From Nemertoderma westbladi (lineage: Eukaryota > Animalia > Xenacoelomorpha): DNA of 64,000 nucleotides. The translations under genes and the position numbers were made by a program. Numbering within the stretch: position 1 is the stretch's first letter; each line of letters opens with the position of its first letter. The DNA is taken from NCBI GenBank assembly GCA_032718475.1, contig JAUCBJ010007822.1, positions 62,001 through 126,000 on the forward strand, written 5' to 3'. The notes beneath the pieces were generated by a model. That model worked only from the letters and a program-made list of their open reading frames with translations, searched no databases and was not told the origin of the DNA. Shown in pieces: positions 53,890-62,715 of the stretch.

Positions 53890-55405
53890 CACAACGAGCA
53901 ACAATGACCAACAACGAGCAACAATGAGTAACAACGAGCAACAACGCGCAACAATGAGCAACAACGCGCAACAATGAGCAACAACGCGCAACAACGAGCA
54001 GCGACGAGCAACAATGAGCAACAACGAGCAACAATGAGCAATAACGAGCAACAACGAGCAAGAATGAGCAACAACGAGCAAGAATGAGCAACAACGAGCA
54101 AGAATGAGCAACAACGAGCAACAATGACCAACAACGAGCAACAATGAGCAACAACGAACAACAATGAGCAACAATGAGCAACAACGCGTAACAATGAGCA
54201 ACAACGAGCAGCAACGAGCAACAATGAGCAATAACGAGCAACAACGAGCAAGAATGAGCAACAACGAGCAATAATGAAGTACAACAACGAGCAACAATGA
54301 CCAACAACGAGCAACAATGAGCAACAACGAGCAACAATGTGCAACAACGAGCAATAATATACAACAACGAGTAACAATGAGCAACAATGAGCAACAACTG
54401 AGCAACAATGAGCAACAATGAGCAACAACGAGCAATAATAAAGTACAACAAAGAGTAACAATGAGCAACAATGACCAACAACGAGCAACAACGAGCAACA
54501 ATGAGCAACAACGCGCAACAATGAGCAACAATGAGCAACAACGAGCAACAATGAGCAATAACGAGCAAGAATGAGCAACAACGAGCAATAATGAAGTACA
54601 ACAACGAGCAATAATGACCAACAACGAGCAACAATGAGCAACAATGTGCAACAACGAGCAACAACGAGCAATAATATACAACAACGAGTAACAATGAGCA
54701 ACAATGAGCAACAAGGAGCAAGAATGAGCAACAATGAGCAACAACGAGCAACAATGAGCAACAACAAGCAACAATGAGCAACAACGAGCAATAATAATGT
54801 ACAACAAAGAGTAACAATGACCAACAACGAGCAACAACGAGCAACAATGAGCAACAACGAGCAACAATGAGCAACAACGAGCAACAACGAGCAACAATGA
54901 GCAACAACGAGCAAAAATGAGCAACAACGAGCAAGAATGAGTAACAACGAGTAACAACGAGCAACAACGAGCAACAACGAGCAACAATGAGCAACAACGA
55001 GCAAGAATGAGCAACAGCGAGTAACAACGAGCAACAATGAGCAACAACGAGCAACAACGAGCAATAATAAAGTACAACAACAAGTAATAATGAGCAACAA
55101 TGACCAGCAATGAGCAACAACGAGCAACAACGAGCAATAATGAGCAACAACGAGCAATAATAAAGTACAACAACGAGTAATAATGAGCAACAATGACCAG
55201 CAATGAGCAACAACGAGCAACAACGAGCAATAATGAGCAACAACGAGCAATAATAAAGTACAACAACGAGTAATAATGAGCAACAATAACCAGCAATGAG
55301 CAACAACGAGCAACAATGAGCAACAATAAGCAACAACGAGCAACAATGAGCAACAAACGAGCAGCAATGAGCAACAACGAGTAACAATGAGCAACAACGA
55401 ACAAT
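53890..55405. repeat. 9-bp minisatellite (ACAACGAGC/ACAATGAGC) forming the left arm of the foldback element
   Basis: About 1.5 kb of GAGCAACAA(C/T) units with recurring variants such as GACCAACAA, GAGTAACAA and ATAATAAAGTACAAC. Confidence 0.97.
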
Positions 55406-56957
55406 ACATTCATTAAACTTATGCAGTATAATGTATCCCAGTAATCCCGAATATATAAGTAGGATATTATAAATAAATTCCCAACCAAGAACTTAATAAA
55501 AAATGCTTCCATACCCGCAATGTCATCAAGATGGTGCACAATACTGCTACTGTATACCGGGACCGGTAGGCCTACAAATATTTATCAGTTTACCTGATTT
55601 CAGTCTTGTTCTGTTCGGGTAGTGTCGTTGAAACTTACCTCAACCTATTATCTGGTTCTGACTGTCTGATATACGGTACTGTGAAGTGTGAACTGGTTTT
55701 CGTATCATTATTTTGTATTTTATACAGTTGGACTTGGACAGTGACCTGATTGCCCGGCAGTCCTGAAGTCTGCCTAGCGTTCTATATTACAGACTAGGCC
55801 CTACTGTATAGCTTGGGGGATGGGGTAGGCGTAGGCCAAGCCTATTTTGTATTTGATTGGTTATTTACTTTAGGCCTATTAAATTTTTATTTATATGTTG
55901 AAGCTTTATATTTGATTTATATTTTACTTGTGTTGACCGGACCCTTATCTCCTCAGCTTTTTGTGCCCGTACCCACAATCTTGCAACATGTCTTAACTTT
56001 AGTTTATTGTTTTGGTTCCCACCAACGCCAACACCTGAACACGCCTCTGTAACCTGGTCCTTTACTAATCTGCTGCCTGCTCCTTTCTACCTTTAAAGGG
56101 CAATGGGTCCGGTCAACGGGTCCTGTCAATTGAGCAAAGGTTCCGTTCAGTAGACTTTGCCCAGTTAGGCCTACTGTATTACAGAGTTAAGGTTAACAGC
56201 CATTATTCGGGCCTAGAAACCAGTATCTACCCCCCTGTCTACCAGCCTATGCCCCTGCTAATAGCTTCATTGTTCATTACATCAGCACTTAGTATTATTG
56301 CTTAATGTTAGGGGAATGTCACGATTGGGTTAGGCCTATCTACAGTACACTTTGTTGGGCAGTTTACAGTAGATCCAACTAACGGAAATTCAACTACACT
56401 AAATTTACCTCTAACTCAATAATTAATTAATCTATGGCGATATTTCAGACGTGTAATGCAAGCGCAGCTCTTAATATTAATTGTACCATGATTGAGAGTT
56501 GTCACAAATTGAATGCCGTAGCGATAATAATATAAACAGATACAGACTAGTCGCAATAAGTTTCCTCTAAAGGGAAACACAGTCGCCAGACTTGAGCCCT
56601 TACATAAATAATTAGTCAGACATTTACTTGTTGTATTGTGCCGGCACACCCTCCCGGTACTGTATGCTAGTGAAATATAATAGATGATCAATTACCGTAA
56701 TAGACTGAGCGAAACATTGAGCAAATCAATACAATAGTGGGAAAAGGTGAATAGAGTGATACAACACTAGAACGGCCTTCCGTGTTCCGTTGAAGGTACA
56801 CTAGCGCAATTACCGTTTCAGTGTTTCAGACTGGGTGTTTTTACTCGCATTCTTACATGGTTTATTAAACAATCGGAAAGAGTCAAAATATAAAAAAATA
56901 GAGATTAAAAACGTCTTTTTTGTCAAATGCGCTAACACGTTTTAGGATGCCGGTAAT

Positions 56958-57058
56958 GTAATGTTGCTCATTGTTACTCGTTGTTGTACTTTATTATTGC
57001 TCATTGTTGCTCGTTGTTGGTCATTGTTGCTCGTTGTTGGTCATTGTTACTCGTTGTG
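56958..57058. repeat. Short inverted copy of the 9-bp minisatellite (right arm)
   Basis: ttgctcattgttactcgttgttgtactttattattgctcattgttgctcgttgttggtc is the reverse complement of left-arm units, including the same variants. Confidence 0.93.
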
Positions 57059-57343
57059 CATTTTAGCACCTACCCCTATCATGATATCTTGTTGTAAGAT
57101 CTTTGTTGTGCCGACATTCGCAATATACTTTCTGCCCAAACTGATAAAAGTAAGGGTAGTTAGTGACTTTAGATAAATTAGTTATGAATAAACTACATAG
57201 GGCAAAGGTTCAGAAAATTTTTAGATTTCGTCTGACATTACATTAAGAAACGAGCGTTCCCACTAATAAATTGACTCCAATTTTTGGCCCCTCCCCAACG
57301 GGCCTCCAAATTGGTGACTGCCCAGGGCCCCACCATCCCTTAA

Positions 57344-57696
57344 GGGGGGGGGGGGTATACCCCCACCCCCCCCCCCCCCCTTAGGTAAAATTTTCAAATT
57401 ATTGTTTCTTTATTTCACCTAGAGCAGAATTTAATGAGGATTACAAATCTGAAAACCGCTTAGTGAGACCTATTTCAGTTATCGAGTTATCACTGTTTTT
57501 CCGTATGACGACCGTCTGTCCGTCAAATTGTAAGAAAGATTTCGTTTATGGCTCATTCGAAGGAGCTTTGGAAGCTCTTTAAAAGTTATCTTATAGAATT
57601 TTGATAAATATTACAATTTTTTCTAATTAGCCATTTTTAATTAAAAATATGATAATTAATTAATTTAATTAATTAATTAAAATAACCCCCCCCCCC
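57344..57696. mobile_element. TTAA-flanked non-autonomous DNA element with poly-G/poly-C termini (Kolobok- or piggyBac-type target site)
   Basis: TTAA at 57340-57343 is followed by a G run, and a C run is followed by TTAA at 57697-57700. Removing the element restores ...GCCCAGGGCCCCACCATCCCTTAATCAGGCCCTG. Confidence 0.65.
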
Positions 57697-57798
57697 TTAA
57701 TCAGGCCCTGGTACTTCAGTATACATTTCTATCTACAGTACTATGCTTCATTATTTGCGACCATCATTACCGAGGAGGTTAACCATATTAATAGCAAC

Positions 57799-58911
57799 AT
57801 GTCAGATCAACGTCGGAGATCAATTATTGGAAATAATTCGTCAATTTCCAATTTATCAAATGAGCAAGGTGAAACTAGTACCAAACAGATGAGGCAAAAA
57901 AACATAGATAAAAAACTGTCATCAAGGAAGCGTGTATTATCCACTAGTGGAAGCTCTCAGAGTGACATCGATCCAGCTACAAATAATAGCGACAATAATA
58001 ATACCTTAATTGAACAGATACCTAAAAGTCGGAAGCACCAAGTGAAAGACAGCTCTGGCCACCGGACTAAAACCCCGGCAAAGAATGTATCTCTCAATGA
58101 CGAAGTCAGGTGTAGACATCCCTCATTGGAGATTCAGGATCCGAGTCAGGATAACTATATTGGTCGTCACTGTGGAAACACAGAAGGTAATTCTAAGTTA
58201 AAAGGTAAAAAACGAATGAAAACAAAGTTGGTGTCGACCAAGATTAATGAGAAAATTCCTGAAAGTGGAAAGATTTACAGACCGAAACCGGCTACGGACG
58301 GTCTCCGACGGTCGGAACGCACTCGGGTATCTCGACTAAGTCACGGGTTTTTGGGCCAGAAAATAATTTACCGAGTTACAGCGGGTCATATGCGAGAGAT
58401 TGTTGGAGTTCAATCGCCTGATGACGATCAATTACCCGACGTGAAACATAAGAAGAAAGTAAGACCGAGAACACGAAAGCCTCCGTTCGCAGTAGCTGTC
58501 GATGACAAGAGTAACAGCTCCGAAGATAGTTGGTGCCTGGTTCAAGGATCCGATAACCAGACTTATAGGATGAAATGCTTATCGTCTTACGATAGTCCTG
58601 ATTGGGAAGAAACCAAAGACGACGGGTGTATGTCGGTAGTTTGTCTTCAGGACCATACTGACTTTAAGGTCGGTATCGTATCCTTCGCTACTGAGTACTC
58701 ACGTACCTTCAGGGCCAATGATTCCTTGTCAATGAATTATCTCGTCCTCAGTGGTTCGGTTACATTGACCATGGGATCGAACAGGCCGTTTGTTCTCAAG
58801 CCCGGAAGTAATTTTATGATTCCATGTGGTAATGCCTATACCGTGGAGAATAAATCACGGGATGTTGTAGCTAATGTCCATTGTTTTTCAGTAAGTCATC
58901 CATTATTATAA
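57799..58911 (+). CDS. CENPC: CENP-C/Mif2-like centromere protein (CENP-C-like motif plus C-terminal cupin), 370 aa; the true 5' end may be further upstream
   Basis: Basic, S/N-rich, low-complexity N-terminal half. GLRRSERTRVSRLSHGFLGQKIIY (58300-58371) resembles the CENP-C motif RRSxRxRxxPLxYWxGERxxY. The C-terminal YLVLSGSVTLTMGSNRPFVLKPGSNFMIPCGNAYTVEN matches the CENP-C cupin pattern (human ...GDSFYVPSGNYYNIKN). Domain order is as in CENP-C. Confidence 0.82.
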   Translation: MSDQRRRSIIGNNSSISNLSNEQGETSTKQMRQKNIDKKLSSRKRVLSTSGSSQSDIDPATNNSDNNNTLIEQIPKSRKHQVKDSSGHRTKTPAKNVSLNDEVRCRHPSLEIQDPSQDNYIGRHCGNTEGNSKLKGKKRMKTKLVSTKINEKIPESGKIYRPKPATDGLRRSERTRVSRLSHGFLGQKIIYRVTAGHMREIVGVQSPDDDQLPDVKHKKKVRPRTRKPPFAVAVDDKSNSSEDSWCLVQGSDNQTYRMKCLSSYDSPDWEETKDDGCMSVVCLQDHTDFKVGIVSFATEYSRTFRANDSLSMNYLVLSGSVTLTMGSNRPFVLKPGSNFMIPCGNAYTVENKSRDVVANVHCFSVSHPLL

Positions 58912-59081
58912 ACTAAAATCGACTATTTAGTTGTATTATATAATATATTGTTTATCTATTAACTGGGGAACTGGTTGGCTATTTTGTATTGTTGTGTTTA
59001 AGTTTTATTTGTTAATTTTTTTTTCAAATAGTAGTTACCTGTTAGTTAGTTAGTCTTAGTACCTATGATGTAAAGTGGGAT

Positions 59082-59105
59082 GGGGGGGGGGGGGGGGGGG
59101 GGGGG
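59082..59105 (+). repeat. Poly-G tract
   Basis: An uninterrupted run of about 24 G. Confidence 0.9.
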
Positions 59106-59365
59106 TCAGTATCGGCCAAGTGATCTACGGGAATGAGAAATTGGCCCAGACTTTTATTTCTTGTAAAAAAAATTTATTTTTTGGAAAAAAATTAGTTTAA
59201 TAAAAATCATTAATTAATTATTTAGTTCTTACAAATTCTTATTATTCTATGCAATAAATAGTTACTAGTATTTAATTTAACAGTTAATTTTCTGTTGTTA
59301 TTGTGTTCTGGTTTGAATTATATTATTATTATATTCGTTAACATTTGGTTTTAATCGTTAGTTAA

Positions 59366-59897
59366 TATATATTATATTAATTCGATACACCCCCAGGCGG
59401 GGTAAATGGAAACCAGTAAAATTTATGTACATAAATAAATAGAAAATAAATTGAATACAATTATTAGTTATTGAGAATGTTGTCTCTCCACACATCAGCC
59501 TCCTCTACACTCGCTCTAAACTTGATTAACGAACCTCCATTTATGGCCGCAGTACTATTGAAATATCCAGACTTATTAACTGATGACGTCTCCTCCAGAT
59601 ACCGCGAGCACCGACGCGAACGTAACAACAACTTCATCACAGAATCTTTTCTGGACGGCCCCGGATTCCAGAGCTCCCATTGGAAGATGGCTGGTCAGCG
59701 TAACAGGCACGTTATTACTCGTGCGACCGCCCATGGGTTCCACCACCTAATCTGCGTCAACCAAACGCCTTTCCACTCGCTATCCACCGAATGTTTATGT
59801 CAGTACTGTAACCTCCCATGTACACGACGATATCATGCACTGAACTGCAGCGACTGCCCTCCACTTTCCCGTCTCGCATCTCAATAACTAATAATTG
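59366..59897 (-). mobile_element. 5'-truncated, 5'-inverted non-LTR retrotransposon fragment with 14-bp TSD
   Basis: TAATCGTTAGTTAA occurs at 59352-59365 and 59898-59911. The + strand ORF remnant ends in a Cys/His motif (CQYCNLPCTRRYHALNC) like LINE ORF2 C-termini. Its stop region CTCAATAACTAATAATTGTA (59880-59899) recurs inverted at 59456-59475 and continues on the minus strand into a 3'UTR and AT-rich tail. Confidence 0.7.
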
Positions 59898-60014
59898 TAA
59901 TCGTTAGTTAAAGTACCACAATTTATTGTCACTTCTAGTATTATTGATGTGACGATTATTGTGTATTTGTTGGTTATTTTATTTAGTGTTGTATATTCTC
60001 ATGATATATCAAAC

Positions 60015-60058
60015 CAAGGCGTTCTAGAACTAACCAACTTTAGTTCTAGAACGCCTTG
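60015..60058. mobile_element. 44-bp miniature inverted-repeat element with 8-bp TSD (P/hAT-type)
   Basis: Perfect 19-bp TIR CAAGGCGTTCTAGAACTAA / TTAGTTCTAGAACGCCTTG around a 6-bp loop. TATCAAAC is duplicated at 60007-60014 and 60059-60066. Confidence 0.85.
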
Positions 60059-60984
60059 TATCAAACAAATACACTCAGTTCGTGGTTTCCCCTCATTATC
60101 CTTTCAACTATAAAGGGCCAAACAGGCATTTAAAAAAATTGTTGCATAAATAGTGTTAATTGGGTAAAAAATAAACGATTTCGAAATTGTTTTTGAAATT
60201 TTTTTTCAAATAAAGTTTTTATTCACATATTGAACACAAGTGTGCAAAAAATCAATTAATTTGGATAAAATGCTTTTTCCTAAACAAGGGGAGGAAAATT
60301 TATAGTAAATTAGTGATTTTCCTCCATAAATTGGTACTTTTTTTGTTGCTCAATTCTTTAATAAAACATAGCGAAGCGATATACTATGTACAGTACAGCA
60401 GTGTTACAAAATAAATTGAACTGCAGTAGGCCTACTGTATTTTACTATTTTTGCTTCCATAGTTACTGCGATTCTAATTACTGTACTCTCCAACTCCTGA
60501 TGCTGCTTTACTCAATGTTAAATAATTTAGTGTTATCGAATATTTATTACGTAACTAAAGAGCCGCTTAACAACATAAACCAATATTGGATATTGAGTTC
60601 CGTTTTGGAGTTCGCCTTGTAGACACTAAAGTTGTAATAACTTCTGAGTTTGTAATTGGATTTTGCTCAAATTACGTGGAAACCTTTTCTACGTCGATGC
60701 TCGTTCAACACATTTAATAAAATTTAAGAAATTCCACCAAAAATATATATGAATCAACAGGGGGGAGGGAAAATTTAGCGATATCTCTAAAAACAAAGTT
60801 ACCGTATGATAAAGCGGCGAATAAAGCTATAGAACGCAGATACGTTAAATCAACCAAGTCATACATATACTCTATTATAAGTTAATTCCAATAGCGAACG
60901 CTTTACATTATATTAAGTTCCAAGAAAGACAAGAAAGAAACTGCAATTAAAATTAAGATATTATAAATGTTCCAGGAAGATTAT

Positions 60985-62334
60985 TTATTTAGAGGACTTT
61001 GATTCCGGCGTTGAGCCTCCTACTGGACTCCCGGATTCGTGGTCCATGGTCTTCAGCAACCGGAAGAGTGCGGCCGCCTCCCGGATGCGACTGAACTCGA
61101 TACAGAAAGCTTGAACCTCGATGAAGAGGTCCTGGACGTTGATTATCTTATTGCGGATGAGGGATTGGAGGAAGACGCAAGCGAGTCGTACCAGTCGGTT
61201 CTGGAGGTATTTATCTTTGATGGTCTCGCATGTCTGGATGCAGTTGTTGATGTAAAGATGGATGAACTCTTGAGGAAGGTCAACAGCCGTGGTCAGTCTG
61301 TTGACAACCTCCAATGAGTGGACGGACATTCTCATGTTAACGAGTTCTGCGAAGTATTCCGGGATCTGGTTGCTTTGCATTAGATTGAGTAGAACTTCGA
61401 TAGCGATCAGTGGGTTGTGTTCCACGAGATCCGGTAGTTTAGCCGGAGTTAAACCAATGTGGTACACAAGTTTAGGGTCTTTCTGCAGCTCTTCTAGTAG
61501 TTGATGTTGTTGGGCTGGCAACAAGGCGTTTTTAAACGCTTTCGCTATTTTCTTTCTGAGTTCGACCCCCGCCGAGCTTTCCAAACAGAGAGATTTATCC
61601 CACAGGATCTGGAAGTCGGGTTCTTCCGGGTTTATCCACAAAAGTTCGTCGTCGCAGACGTGCAGAGGAGGGGGTTCCCGGATAAATTCCGGTCGGAAAT
61701 GGTTAGTCATGACAGCCTTCTCGTCGCCTTGAGGTAACATCAGAAGTTGCAACATCTTGGCGACGGTGGCCTGATCGTAACCTGTGCTGGTCACGGGATC
61801 AGCGTTCGCTACAACGCAACTCATCCCGGACTTACAGATCTGCGGGAGTTGCGACATCTTCTCGGCGAGGTTTATCGAGAGAGAACTAATGTCTAGGACG
61901 TGGGCGGCTTCCAAATCCTTGGAGGAGACTACCTGGAACGGTGTCAGTTGGTAGCTGTCCCATTGGGTCGGGTAGGTGAGAAGATGCGTGAGAAACACCT
62001 TCTCGGTGTGGGATATCGGTGGAAGGGAGTTGAGTTTGGCCTCGACCGAGGGAGTTAGGAGATGGACGAAGACCGGCGAGAACGGGTTGCTGTCCAGCGG
62101 CTCCCCTTTATACATCTCGTAGAGAAGGAACAAGGCGATAAGCCGTTGCACTGGTTCGGGGAACAGGTCCGGTTGTTGTAAGAGAAGAACGATGGAACTT
62201 CCCACGTTAAAGTGGCTGGATTTAGGGAACGCCGTGTGGAATTGCACTGTAATCGCTTCGAACGATATGTTTGCTGTGTAATCGTCGGTTAATAGCTGCA
62301 TTAGCGATGTTTGCTCTAGAGATGTCAACGCCAT
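60985..62334 (-). CDS. CNOT11: CCR4-NOT transcription complex subunit 11 (uninterrupted ORF; probable start 62334, in-frame upstream ATG at 62385)
   Basis: Conserved CNOT11 segments LLLQQPDL...QRLIALFLLYEMYK...NPF and C-terminal DPKLVYHIGLTPAKLPDLVEHNPLIAIEVL...HSLEVVNRLTTAVDLP...QNRLVRLACVFLQSLIRNKIINVQDLFIEVQAFCIEFSRIREAAALFRLLK. No frameshifts or stops. Confidence 0.96.
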   Translation of the reverse strand: MALTSLEQTSLMQLLTDDYTANISFEAITVQFHTAFPKSSHFNVGSSIVLLLQQPDLFPEPVQRLIALFLLYEMYKGEPLDSNPFSPVFVHLLTPSVEAKLNSLPPISHTEKVFLTHLLTYPTQWDSYQLTPFQVVSSKDLEAAHVLDISSLSINLAEKMSQLPQICKSGMSCVVANADPVTSTGYDQATVAKMLQLLMLPQGDEKAVMTNHFRPEFIREPPPLHVCDDELLWINPEEPDFQILWDKSLCLESSAGVELRKKIAKAFKNALLPAQQHQLLEELQKDPKLVYHIGLTPAKLPDLVEHNPLIAIEVLLNLMQSNQIPEYFAELVNMRMSVHSLEVVNRLTTAVDLPQEFIHLYINNCIQTCETIKDKYLQNRLVRLACVFLQSLIRNKIINVQDLFIEVQAFCIEFSRIREAAALFRLLKTMDHESGSPVGGSTPESKSSK

Positions 62335-62715
62335 TTCGTAACATTGAAACAGTCCAGCCAGCAGTCTGTCTGTCTGTGGCAACATGCAATATTGACGTCG
62401 GCGTCTGGCAAATATGAAATGCGTTTAAAGTTGTAAGAATATTTATTCAAATATATAATAACTCTAATACCGTAATGTAGATTCAAACATAGATACGATT
62501 GAGGTACAGACAGATCACAGATCAGCAGATAGAGGTATGCCAATGCAAGTATGCCTACCTACAACAACATTTTATCTGTAATCAATAGGTAATGTGTTCT
62601 TTCAGTTACTACTTTCAGTTAAAATACAGCTTGCCAACACATTGTTACTATCAACTTTCAGATACTAACAGGCTGACATGGCATTTTTTTGCTCCAAAAA
62701 AGGCCTCGGTCAGTC

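Larger units (their letters stand above)
53874..57074. mobile_element. Non-autonomous foldback/Mutator-like DNA transposon with 9-bp TSD
   Basis: Termini GGTAGGTGCTAAAATACACAACGAG (53874) and CTCGTTGTGCATTTTAGCACCTACC (ending 57074) are near-perfect inverted repeats. An exact CCTATCATG duplication lies at 53865-53873 and 57075-57083. No transposase ORF is present. Confidence 0.85.
53775..57710. mobile_element. Older hAT-like MITE split by two nested insertions (left terminus not identified)
   Basis: The right end TTAATCAGGCCCTG (57697-57710) resembles the CAGGGCCGGATTAA-type TIR. Paired subterminal motifs GTTGCCCAGGACCCC (~53784) and ACTGCCCAGGGCCCC (~57317) and GGCCCC runs occur on both sides. 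Confidence 0.45.

Noticed and set aside
53832-55539. Three overlapping ~500-aa Cys/Leu/Val-rich ORFs
   Set aside because: They are translations of the 9-bp minisatellite, open in all three minus frames simply because that strand lacks stops.
59471-59887. Independent 138-aa zinc-finger gene
   Set aside because: It starts at a TTG at the inversion junction and lies within TSDs, so it is better explained as a retroelement remnant.
61039-61737. Short plus-strand ORFs
   Set aside because: They are antisense shadows of CNOT11.
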